From Geopsychrobacteraceae bacterium (GTDB taxonomy: Bacteria > Desulfobacterota > Desulfuromonadia > Desulfuromonadales > Geopsychrobacteraceae), in NCBI GenBank assembly GCA_963662315.1, contig OY759353.1:2816001-2880000 (forward strand): 64,000 bases of DNA, written 5' to 3'. A program made the translations under genes and the position numbers. This document shows, one piece after another, positions 21,100 through 29,790 of this stretch. The notes beneath the pieces were generated by a model that was given only the letters and a program-made list of their open reading frames with translations, searched no databases and was not told where the DNA came from. The number at the start of each line of letters is the position of its first letter. The stretch's first letter is position 1.

Positions 21100-21143
21100 C
21101 TGTGTTATAACACAGCCAATACCACGTATATTACATGTTAGGT
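21100..21143 (+). promoter_or_regulatory. attI region (core site GTTAGGT at 21137-21143)
   Basis: GTTAGGT is the exact reverse complement of the first cassette's R'' ACCTAAC (21635-21641). Confidence 0.75.
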
Positions 21144-21160
21144 GCAAAGGAGGGTACATT

Positions 21161-21640
21161 ATGACTTTAGGAAAACATCTCGGGAATTGCGATGAATTGT
21201 GGAAGGAAACTCGGGATTTACTTGCCGAAGAAAATCTAACAAACATCCAGTCAGATATTCAAGAACTTGGTGATAAATGGGATTCCTGGAAAGACAAAAA
21301 TGAAAAAACAATTATCGATTTCTGCCTAGCAACTTCAAAGCAAAAAGCCGAGATTTTGAATAAATGTAATAACGAAGAAACAAGGGGAAGAATTCTATTT
21401 GCAGCCCTTCAGAAACACACTGATGGTATCAATCTGCTGCTAACATTAAAATTATATGGAATTGAGGACCCTCTTTCTCAAGGTTCAGCACAGTTGCTTG
21501 AAACTGCTGGTTCCGCACTAGATAGTCTTCTTAGACTACAATATTTATCTGAACCAAATGACATTTTCTCTTTCGACCTTAGCTCACCGCTAGAATCAGC
21601 AGAAGCACAATTAAAAAAGCTGTCTACCCAAAGCACCTAA
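21161..21640 (+). CDS. cassette 1: hypothetical protein (start MTLGKH)
   Basis: AAAGGAGG RBS after the attI core; stop lies in R''. Confidence 0.8.
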   Translation: MTLGKHLGNCDELWKETRDLLAEENLTNIQSDIQELGDKWDSWKDKNEKTIIDFCLATSKQKAEILNKCNNEETRGRILFAALQKHTDGINLLLTLKLYGIEDPLSQGSAQLLETAGSALDSLLRLQYLSEPNDIFSFDLSSPLESAEAQLKKLSTQST

Positions 21641-21738
21641 CCATGAAATCAAGCCGACGGTTGATAGCTCTGCGGTTTTCGTAAAGCTTTCTACAATTTG
21701 TAATGGCACTACGCCGCGGCTTATCAACACCGTTAGAT
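21635..21738 (+). other. attC site 1
   Basis: R'' ACCTAAC ... R' GTTAGAT with an internal imperfect palindrome. Confidence 0.85.
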
Positions 21739-22006
21739 GCGTGGCGAATGCGCTACGGACATATAACATATTGATTTCACAGATATTATCTAGACATATG
21801 CATGTGTGAATTTGCGCAAATTGTCTATTCATGATATTTGACGAAGCAGGACCGTAGAAACAAGATAACATGCGTTCATCTGGATTTCTACGGTCCTGCT
21901 TCGTGACGTCATGAAACAATCAGCATCCGGATCAAAATCGATTTATTTCAATATAGTCAGTAGCTTAAATAGCGTTACCCTGGAAGCAGCAGTGCTGGCA
22001 TCTAAC
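21732..22006. other. cassette 2: ORF-less cassette with long hairpin
   Basis: Bounded by GTTAGAT/ATCTAAC; no sizeable ORF fully inside; perfect 20-bp inverted repeat. Confidence 0.75.
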
Positions 22007-22108
22007 AAAGTCGTTCAAGCAGACTCTGGTAGCGGCAGGCGAAGCCAGAAAACCATTGGCTACAAGCCAAGGCAGCATACCGACGCTGCTTAACTCCACC
22101 CGTTAGAA
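22000..22108 (+). other. attC site 2
   Basis: R'' ATCTAAC ... R' GTTAGAA. Confidence 0.85.
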
Positions 22109-22124
22109 GGAGAGAAGAAATTTC

Positions 22125-22919
22125 ATGGGCAAGGAATTAAGAAGAATTAAAAGCCGAAAAAAAGCCCTTGAAAGACTCGACGACCTTGGGAAAAGAAGCG
22201 AAACCGTTTTAGTCATTCACTACTCCTGTGAAAGTTTCTACGATACAACTGAAGGACAAACTCCACGCGTTACCTCAATCGCGGTCAGAAATCTTCAGTC
22301 CGGTCAAACAGAATCCTTTTCCATACACAAAATTGCCGAACAAACACGCGTTCCATTTGATGAAATTGACAGTAATTATGACGAACTAGAAAGAGCAATG
22401 CTCGATGAGTATTTTGAATTCGTAAGAACACGACAAGGGTACATTTGGGTTCATTGGAATATGCGCGATATCAATTATGGTTTTATCGCCATTGAGCATA
22501 GATATCGGGCACTCGGGGGCAACCCAATTCAAATTGAAGAATCAAAAAAATTTGATTTAGCGCGTGAGTTAATTTCAATTTATGGGGTTGGTTATGCAGG
22601 CCACCCTCGCCTCCAAAGCATTGTGCAGAAAAATAAAATAGCAAACCGAGATTTTCTCTCAGGCCAAGAGGAGGCCGAGGCCTTTCAAGGTAAAGAATAC
22701 CTACGCCTCCACCAATCAACCCTGAGAAAGGTTGATATTATGGCAAACCTCTTTGAGCGAGCAGCGGATAGAACCCTCAAAACCAATTCTACTTGGCAAG
22801 AAGTTTACGGTGTAAGCCCCAAGGTTATTGTTGAACTTATAAATGAGCATTGGATTACTTCGTTGTTAATCTTGATAGGGTTGCTCATTACACTCACATC
22901 ACCTTTTTGGGGTAAATGA
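22125..22919 (+). CDS. cassette 3: hypothetical protein, possible RNase H/3'-5' exonuclease-like fold with C-terminal TM helix
   Basis: 264 aa; 'LVIHYSCES' and 'WVHWNM...YGF' segments; hydrophobic C-terminus; the fold is inferred. Confidence 0.7.
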   Translation: MGKELRRIKSRKKALERLDDLGKRSETVLVIHYSCESFYDTTEGQTPRVTSIAVRNLQSGQTESFSIHKIAEQTRVPFDEIDSNYDELERAMLDEYFEFVRTRQGYIWVHWNMRDINYGFIAIEHRYRALGGNPIQIEESKKFDLARELISIYGVGYAGHPRLQSIVQKNKIANRDFLSGQEEAEAFQGKEYLRLHQSTLRKVDIMANLFERAADRTLKTNSTWQEVYGVSPKVIVELINEHWITSLLILIGLLITLTSPFWGK

Positions 22920-22959
22920 AAATCCTTCTAACACTTATCAGGCCCCCGGCCGTCAAGGG

Positions 22960-23454
22960 TAAAGAATAGCGTTAACGCAAAAGATTCACCTTTTCGTTCT
23001 TTGACAAGCGACTGATCTACTAAGCAGCCATCCGGTTTCTGACTTGGGCTTTTAACGGGCTGCAGTGACGATCCTGCTCCCAAACACTTATCGAGGCTCT
23101 TTACACAGGGCCCGGATCTTTGGTTGCATCCTATTGCCCTGCCACCTGGAAACACGTACGGACCCTGGTGCCGTTCCAGTCAAAAAGGCGGGCTTCATCT
23201 GTTGTGCTGATGATCCCAGTTAGTTACGGAATCGGGTCAGGGGCAGAACCGGCGCGGGCCGTGTTCGACCATCGCGCAAATATTGTGGGAGCGAGACGAA
23301 CCTCCAATCAAACGCAAGCAGCTGAATGAAGTGTCATAATCACCGAGCCTTGATGCGGGCTTTTCATCCCAGAAGAGTCTTCCATCGGCCCGTAAACGAT
23401 CTTGCTTGCCGGATTTCGCCAGTTAGACGGTCAGGCTGATCCGCCTCCTCCCGA
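22960..23454 (-). ncRNA. putative bridge/seek RNA region of the IS110 element
   Basis: Long non-coding end downstream of tnp, with 8-nt matches to the target flank (23309-23316) and the donor junction (23085-23092); boundaries approximate. Confidence 0.7.
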
Positions 23455-24498
23455 TCAGGTGCGCAGGAATAACTCCTGATTGAAAGGCACCTGATTTTTC
23501 AGCATGTAATAAACCGAGCGGCCAAGACGAGCGGAAAGAATCGCCAATGCTTTGCCTTTGCCGTGACGACTGGCCATTTTCTGTAGCACCTGTTGCAAGG
23601 GTTTGTTCCCTTTGAGCATCAGGATGACAGCCTCGCCAAAGGCCCAGCGTAAGTGAGCGTTGCCAATTCGTTTACCGCTGTGTCCGTAAGATTTACCGTT
23701 TGACTCCTTGGCCGGTTTGACCAGTCGACAATAAGAAACAAAATCCTGTACGCGGGGGAAACGTGCAATGTCCTCAATTTCGTAGAGCATGATCATCGAC
23801 AGAATGCGACCGACGCCGGGAATAGATTTCAAGAGCGATAAACTGATTGGATCGTGACTCATGGCCACTTTTTCCAGTTGCCGTTCCAAGACCCCGAGAA
23901 GCTGATCATAGTGTTCAATGGTTGCCAGATCAATTTCGATCATGCCCCGGACAATGGGATCTTTGAACTTTTGCGGCAACCCTTCACGGCGACTCGGCTT
24001 AGCGACATAGCCCAACGGCTCAGGCAGGTTATATTGCGAGGCCGTATTCTGAATATGGGCGATCAGTTCACCACGTTTTCGGGCTAAATGGTTACGCCGT
24101 CTGAGTAGATCGCGTGTGGCCCGCATCTTTTTGGGATAAGTGTAAGCCAGCGGAAAGGTGCCGCCGCGCAGTAAGACAGCAATCTTGTGGGAATAGATCT
24201 TATCGTTCTTGGCTTTGCCTCCATGAATGGCGCGCATGTAGAGCGCATGCCCAAGGACAAAAGGAATGTCTTCGTCAGCACAGAGATCGGCCAGCCAGTA
24301 CCAGGTAAACATGCACTCGCAGCCGACCACCAGGCCATCACGGTAAGGCTTGATCAGTCGCAAGAAAGATTTTGGTTTGGTCGGGATGTTATTATGAACA
24401 ACAATGTCACCGACTGAATTCAGAATGCAGACATACATGGCATCGGCATGCAGATCGATACCACAGTAAAACTGATGCTGTTTCGTGTAAAATCTCAT
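23455..24498 (-). CDS. IS110-family DEDD transposase/recombinase
   Basis: GIDLH, vGCE, KNDKIY (the usual final D reads Y), SIPGVG, ESNGK and GNAHLRWA motifs. Confidence 0.95.
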   Translation of the reverse strand: MRFYTKQHQFYCGIDLHADAMYVCILNSVGDIVVHNNIPTKPKSFLRLIKPYRDGLVVGCECMFTWYWLADLCADEDIPFVLGHALYMRAIHGGKAKNDKIYSHKIAVLLRGGTFPLAYTYPKKMRATRDLLRRRNHLARKRGELIAHIQNTASQYNLPEPLGYVAKPSRREGLPQKFKDPIVRGMIEIDLATIEHYDQLLGVLERQLEKVAMSHDPISLSLLKSIPGVGRILSMIMLYEIEDIARFPRVQDFVSYCRLVKPAKESNGKSYGHSGKRIGNAHLRWAFGEAVILMLKGNKPLQQVLQKMASRHGKGKALAILSARLGRSVYYMLKNQVPFNQELFLRT

Positions 24499-24708
24499 GG
24501 TGCAGGCTCCTTTCTTTGAGGGTTAGGTATATTCTCAAAGGATAGCGGATGGTCCGCTATCTATGGAGGGGGCCTGCACTAGTATCAAACTAATCAACCG
24601 GACGGAAAATACTTCTGCGCAAAATTGAAAAACAAAATCTAAAATTGCGGTGGTCGGCAAGCAGTTCGTCGCCGCCGGTTATCATGAACCGTTATAAGGC
24701 CATGTGAC

Positions 24709-25077
24709 ATGAGCGTTTCCATCTATTACAAAGTTGTTCGGGCCGCACCGCTGACAGACGCCGAAAGGAAAACCATCGACGGGTTGGTGGAAAAATACTC
24801 AGTAGATAACGACATTGAGGAATATCTGAAAACTGGGCAAGGACTCAACTGGGAGTCTTTCAGTTTTTCTGACCCCGTCGAACCTAAAGTTGTTCTCGCT
24901 GGCTCCACCGCGCTCCCAAACAACACAGAAGACGCTACTTGGATAGGGGTCCAACACTGGTGCAAACTTCTAAGTGAAATTCGACGGGTAATTCCAAACG
25001 CCATCTGGAACGTTCATGTTGAAGATCATGAAATGCAGTGGGACTCCAAGGCGTTGGCCTATGACCCAAGCAAATAA
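24709..25077 (+). CDS. cassette 4: hypothetical protein
   Basis: ORF fills the span between R' GTTATAA and R'' TTATAAC. Confidence 0.8.
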   Translation: MSVSIYYKVVRAAPLTDAERKTIDGLVEKYSVDNDIEEYLKTGQGLNWESFSFSDPVEPKVVLAGSTALPNNTEDATWIGVQHWCKLLSEIRRVIPNAIWNVHVEDHEMQWDSKALAYDPSK

Positions 25078-25082
25078 TGGCC

Positions 25083-25161
25083 TTATAACACGTCGCTCAA
25101 GCCGACTCGCTACGTCGGCGCTGCGCGCCGCCTCCGCTCGCGGCTTAGCTCTGCGTTGGGT
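25083..25161 (+). other. attC site 4
   Basis: TTATAAC ... GTTGGGT. Confidence 0.85.
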
Positions 25162-25165
25162 TGAA

Positions 25166-25594
25166 ATGAATATTGAGGAATTGAAAATTAAATCCGAGCG
25201 TGGGAGCACAGTTGCCCAAGGAATTCTTGGAGCAATGTACCTTCATGGATACGAAGTAGAAATAAACTACGAAGAAGCATTTCGACTCTTAACTCTCTCA
25301 GCAGAAAAAGGGGCAGCCCGTTCCCTTTGGAATCTCGGAACAATGTATGAAAAAGGTCTTGGTACAAAGCAAGACCTTTCGAGAGCAAGAGAGCTTTACC
25401 GTCGCGCAACAGAACGTGGCGAAGCTTTAGCTGGGGTTTATTTTGCGCGAATGTACGTCAATGGAATTGGCGGCCCGGTGGACAATGAATCTGCTTTGCG
25501 TGGCTATAAATTGGCTGCGAATCAAGCAAGCCAAATGGAGCCGTGTGAAGAAATATCAGAGGCATTGCAGTACGTAAAAGAGAACGAAAAGTAA
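25166..25594 (+). CDS. cassette 5: Sel1-like repeat protein
   Basis: Repeats 'AQGILGAMYLHG', 'LWNLGTMYEKGLG' and 'FARMYVNGIG'. Confidence 0.85.
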   Translation: MNIEELKIKSERGSTVAQGILGAMYLHGYEVEINYEEAFRLLTLSAEKGAARSLWNLGTMYEKGLGTKQDLSRARELYRRATERGEALAGVYFARMYVNGIGGPVDNESALRGYKLAANQASQMEPCEEISEALQYVKENEK

Positions 25595-25597
25595 GCA

Positions 25598-25670
25598 ACC
25601 CAACCAAGGGCTCCAGCGGATTTGCTCCACGCTGCGCGTTCCGCAAACGCGCTGAGCCCAAACGTTAGAT
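25598..25670 (+). other. attC site 5
   Basis: ACCCAAC ... GTTAGAT. Confidence 0.85.
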
Positions 25671-25690
25671 GCTAGCAGGATTGTCCATCG

Positions 25691-26189
25691 TGACCCCAGT
25701 CATCGTTATTGCAGTTATCTCGTTGGTGCTGTCCGTGATCTCCACCGGAATAGCGGTTGCGAGCTTTCGACGTTTCAGTCCCATGACTACGCAGCTCGCC
25801 TGCAACTGGAAGATGAAAAAATCCAAGGTGGCAGTGGTCCCGAGGCCTTCCATTACTCCGCTGTGCTAGCTAACGTAGGTATAAAACCTGTAGAGGTCCG
25901 TGCCATATACATCGATTATGGTGGTGAATCGGATGGAGCCTATTATAAGTTCCATATCGAAGGGTTGTTTCATCTTCCACCAAACGGCAAGCGAAGTATT
26001 CAATTCTCTGTATCCAGGCACGACTACGAGAGTGCACTTAGCAAGTTCAACTTGGATCAGTGCGTTTTTCGCCTGCGGGTGTGCTTTGTAAATGCTACTG
26101 GAGGTCACGTGGAGGCAACGCGCAACCTTATGGGTCTGGGTCCCGGAAAGACCACCGCATACGCACAGCGCGGGGATGCGCTCGCGTGA
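25691..26189 (+). pseudogene. cassette 6: membrane-anchored hypothetical protein, frameshifted near 25775
   Basis: N-terminal TM in one frame; an open 'HDYAARLQLED...LANVGIKP' continuation in another frame runs to 26189. Confidence 0.65.
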
Positions 26190-26195
26190 GCTGGC

Positions 26196-26253
26196 ATCTA
26201 ACGTGTCAATCCAGCGGACGCCGTACCGGCGCCGCTGATTTCCAGCGTTATGC
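26196..26253 (+). other. attC site 6
   Basis: ATCTAAC ... GTTATGC, 58 bp. Confidence 0.85.
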
Positions 26254-26549
26254 GCCATGAGAATCCTGCTTACTATTCTTTCGTTGTTGTTTTCCCTGGT
26301 CGCTGGAGCACAGAACATGACGACGCCAAAGGCTGAGTGCGAAAACCTTATGAACGCAGCCCTCCCATTTGCAGAGCAAATGCTTCAGAAGCACGGCGAG
26401 TTCTTTCCTTACGGTGCCGCACTCAAAGCAAACGGCGAAATTGCGAGCGTGGCAGGCTACGATGGCCGCGAGCACCCGCCATCCAACGACATCATTCGCC
26501 TGCTCAAGGAAGGGTTTGTTAAGGGAGCAAACTCAGGAGAGTACAAAGC

Positions 26550-27819
26550 TGACCTCGGTCGTCAATAGCGGATACCAAAATATTAAGCGACTAACCGCTC
26601 TTTGAAATATTGTTGTTCATAGGCTGCAGGCGAAAGATACCCCAGCCTCCTTTGTTTCCGTTTCCGGTTGTAGAAGACTTCGATGTATGTCGTGATCTCC
26701 CGCATTGCTTCCTGTCTGGTTGCATATCGACGGTGATGCACGAGTTCGTTTTTTAAAACACCCCAGAAGCTTTCAATCGGCGCGTTATCGAAGCAGTTGC
26801 CTCGACGGCTCATTGAGGTTCGCATCTTGAATTGATCAAGAAGTTTGCGAAACTCCCTTGCGCAGTACTGGCTGCCGCGATCTGAATGATGGATCAAACC
26901 AGCAGCAGGCCTCTTGGCCGCAACCGCGCGAAATAACGATTGGGAGACGAGATTCTTCGTCATTCGCTCTCCCATGGCGTAGCCCACGACTTCTCCGGTA
27001 TAGAGATCCTTATGACCGGCGAGATACAGCCAACCTTCGGCTGTGGGGATATATGTTATGTCGGTCACCCAGACCTGATTCGGAGCGTCCGTGGTAAAAT
27101 CCTGATCCAGCAGGTTCTCTGCAACCGGTAACTTGTGGTTCGAGTTTGTGGTTGCCTTGAACTTCTTGATCTGCTTGCAGCGCAGGCCCAGTTTTCTGCG
27201 AATTCGCTTGATCCGGTGAACACCGACATGAACGTCGTGATCAGCAAGCTCTTCTTGTAGGCGCTCTGGGCCGTAGGTTTCTTCTGTTCTTTTATGAGCC
27301 GCAATGATTTCGAGTTCGAGCCGTTTTTCTTCTTTTTGCCGGGGAGAGTTTGGCCGTTTCAACCAGGCGTAATAGCCGCTCGTAGAAACCTCCAGAACCC
27401 GGCATAGTAGAGGAACCGGATAATTCGATCGAAACTGTTTTATCAGCGCGTACCGGGCAGCGACTCCGTGGCAAAGTACGCGGCGGCTTTTTTTAAGATA
27501 TCTCGCTCCTGTTTGACCTGAGATAACTCTCGTTTGACGCGAGCGAGCTCTTGTTCAACCTCGGTCAAAGGGCGCTGCTGACTGCCGATATCGCCAAGCT
27601 TCCCGGCCTTGTGAGCTCTGACCCAGCTTTCAAGGGTGGATTTTGGTAAGGAGAGTTGCCGTGCCGCTTCATATGCAGTCAGTCCCCCCTCTATCACCAT
27701 TTTCACGGCTTCGTTGCGAAACTCTTTCGAATAACGACCGTTTGATCTTTTTGCCATTGTGACACCTCCGTTCGGGAAAGATTGTAAACTTTGGTGTCCG
27801 ATATTTTCAACCTAGCTCA
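26550..27819 (-). mobile_element. IS3-family insertion sequence (1270 bp)
   Basis: TG...CA ends, imperfect terminal IRs and a 3-bp AGC target duplication. Confidence 0.95.
26583..27757 (-). CDS. IS3 OrfA (27443-27757)/OrfB DDE transposase, joined by a -1 programmed frameshift
   Basis: WVTDITY, HHSDRGSQY and DNAPIESF motifs; A7G slippery site at about 27487-27494. Confidence 0.9.
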
Positions 27820-28020
27820 AGCCACTGCTTTGGTTTACGACGTGAGGGTCGTCTTGCCTTCAACAGGCAAGAAGTCTGACGCCATCGCCGTGTCTCTCAA
27901 TCACCGTGACAATTATTCGGTGACTGTCTTCTTCCCGTATCAGTTGTCTAATGGCCAACTGTCTTTGGGTGATGTTTTCGCACAGAAGGGAGAGGCAGAT
28001 GTTTTCTCTTCCCGATAAGC

Positions 28021-28090
28021 GCATAACCAGCCGTTCCAGCGGACCAGCAAAAGCTACGCTTTTACCGTCCGCTGAACTCCAACGTTAAGC
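28021..28090 (+). other. attC site 7
   Basis: GCATAAC ... GTTAAGC. Confidence 0.85.
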
Positions 28091-28104
28091 CTCTAAATTA
28101 AAAA

Positions 28105-28713
28105 ATGACAGAAATCGACTATAGTCAATACAATTTACAAGAACTGTATGAAGCTCGGTTCAACGTAAATATGCAAAAATATCCCCGTAATGCGGAATTG
28201 ATTGAGCATTGGATCAAAGTACGTGAAGGAGAAATTCCCCCCGAACCCCCAGAGCCGGAACGGATTATTGACTCCATTCCTGAATTAGAAGATACAACTG
28301 ATCCAATTCAAAAAAAGCCAGCAGCACCTGAATATATTCAATATAGTAACTCCACCAAAACGTTCACCTCCCCAAGAGGTCGAATTGGGCGGTCGACATA
28401 CTGGATGGGCAACTTTGCATTGGCTTTTATGACGCTTGCAGGAAAGCGCCTAATTATGCCTGTAAACGTTAAGCTCTACCTTGGTGTTAGTGTGGCATTG
28501 ATTATCCCAGCACTTATGTTGGCCATCAAGCGTTCCCACGACAGAAATAAATCAGGTTGGTTTACTATACTGTTTTTTGTTCCTATCGTTTCATTCTGGC
28601 CAATGGTTGAATTAGGTTTTTTAAAAGGAACAACTGGCACGAATAAATATGGTAACGACCCATTATCGCGCGGGAAAAGGCTTAACACCAGAATCAACGC
28701 GGACGGAAATTAA
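28105..28713 (+). CDS. cassette 8: DUF805 (YhaH-like) membrane protein with N-terminal extension
   Basis: 'GRIGRSTYW', 'IKRSHDRNKSGW' and 'GTNKYGNDP' motifs. Confidence 0.85.
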   Translation: MTEIDYSQYNLQELYEARFNVNMQKYPRNAELIEHWIKVREGEIPPEPPEPERIIDSIPELEDTTDPIQKKPAAPEYIQYSNSTKTFTSPRGRIGRSTYWMGNFALAFMTLAGKRLIMPVNVKLYLGVSVALIIPALMLAIKRSHDRNKSGWFTILFFVPIVSFWPMVELGFLKGTTGTNKYGNDPLSRGKRLNTRINADGN

Positions 28714-28786
28714 CTGCGCAAATATTCGTAAACTTCGGTGGTAAACGCAACTTCGCGTCGCCGCCGGTTATTCAAAACCGTTAACT
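28680..28786 (+). other. attC site 8
   Basis: GCTTAAC ... GTTAACT. Confidence 0.85.
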
Positions 28787-28797
28787 TAAAGAAAAAA

Positions 28798-29298
28798 ATG
28801 AAATCAGAATTTAGTCATCACTTTAGCCATGATTGGGTAACGCAATACGAAAGAATGCACAGGTGGTCAAAAAGAGCCCTTCTTGCACTCAAAAAGAATG
28901 AATTATCTGAAGAAGACCTTGATGACATTTACGCATTTTTTATAGCTGCATTCAGTATTAGAGATTGGGTTAAAAACTCATCGGAAATTCAAATACAAGA
29001 CTTTGATCAGAATCTACATTCTTTTAAGTTTTGGGGGCTATGCCGTGATATGGCAAATGGTCTTAAACATTTTGAACTTAATAGTCCAAGTTATGATCCA
29101 AATTTCACAATTTGGTGCGCCAACACCAGTGGTAACTCAAAAATTGTTAAAGAGTATTGGTATATTCTTGCAGGAAACAAATTACACTCAATGCAGAACG
29201 TTGTTGAATCCACCACAGATTTCTTAACAAAACTACTAAAACCCTATAAAGATAGTAATCCTATAATCCCAAAATTAAGAAGAGAAAATAGAAGTTAA
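28798..29298 (+). CDS. cassette 9: hypothetical protein, possibly HEPN-like
   Basis: Helical-looking; 'FSIRDWV' and 'LCRDMANGLKH' segments. Confidence 0.7.
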   Translation: MKSEFSHHFSHDWVTQYERMHRWSKRALLALKKNELSEEDLDDIYAFFIAAFSIRDWVKNSSEIQIQDFDQNLHSFKFWGLCRDMANGLKHFELNSPSYDPNFTIWCANTSGNSKIVKEYWYILAGNKLHSMQNVVESTTDFLTKLLKPYKDSNPIIPKLRRENRS

Positions 29299-29369
29299 CC
29301 AATCGTTTAACACCGTTCGCTTTGCTCACTCGGACGGCGTGAACGCCGCCGGTTAACTCAACGTTATAT
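29293..29369 (+). other. attC site 9
   Basis: AGTTAAC ... GTTATAT. Confidence 0.85.
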
Positions 29370-29378
29370 GGAGAAAAA

Positions 29379-29777
29379 TTGAAAAAGCTAAAATTAATAA
29401 ATGAGTCTAATCAAAAATATAGGTACCAACTTCAAAATGGCAAGCGCATAACAATAGACGTTTCAGATGATTCCCATATTTTGATCACTGACGAAAATAA
29501 TGATGAAATTGGAAAGTTTGAACTGTCTTATAAAGACAATGGAATGCATTACAGCCAAGACAATTACTACATCACTTGGATGTATCTCGACTTAAAAAAC
29601 AGCGAATACACTCACCAAGGAATTGGTAGGCAAGCACTAATTCTTTTCAAGGAAAACTATGGGTTACCAATCACTGCCGCCAGTAACGACGGCATAAGAA
29701 GAGATGACGGAAGCCACCTCACTGGAGATGCTCCTGGTTTTGTTGGAAAGATGCGTGAAGAAGGAATAATAGACTAA
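29379..29777 (+). CDS. cassette 10: GNAT-like protein
   Basis: 'YTHQGIGRQAL' resembles acetyl-CoA-binding motif A; GGAG RBS before a TTG start. Confidence 0.65.
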   Translation: MKKLKLINESNQKYRYQLQNGKRITIDVSDDSHILITDENNDEIGKFELSYKDNGMHYSQDNYYITWMYLDLKNSEYTHQGIGRQALILFKENYGLPITAASNDGIRRDDGSHLTGDAPGFVGKMREEGIID

Positions 29778-29790
29778 AATCCATATAACA

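Larger units (their letters stand above)
22934..24587 (-). mobile_element. IS110-family (IS1111-like) element inserted in attC3
   Basis: Sub-terminal IR CAGGCCCCC (22939-22947)/GGGGGCCTG (24568-24576); CA core at both junctions; removing it restores attC TTCTAAC-AAACTAATC...GTTATAA (24691-24697). Confidence 0.9.
26257..28018 (+). pseudogene. cassette 7: secreted hypothetical protein interrupted by IS3
   Basis: Removing the IS and one AGC joins ...SGEYKA to TALVYDVRV... in frame. Confidence 0.85.

Noticed and set aside
21047..21160. N-terminal extensions of cassette ORFs (21047, 25016, 28738, 32405, 39311)
   Set aside because: They extend through attI/attC or repeat sequence; downstream ATGs just after the R' boxes fit better.
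21841..21904. Hairpin as retron msr-msd
   Set aside because: No retron-type RT is nearby; the only RT is intron-encoded.
21611..22093. ORFs 21611-21919 (-) and 21911-22093 (+) as the cassette 2 gene
   Set aside because: Both run across attC sites, lack a clear RBS and show no recognisable protein features.
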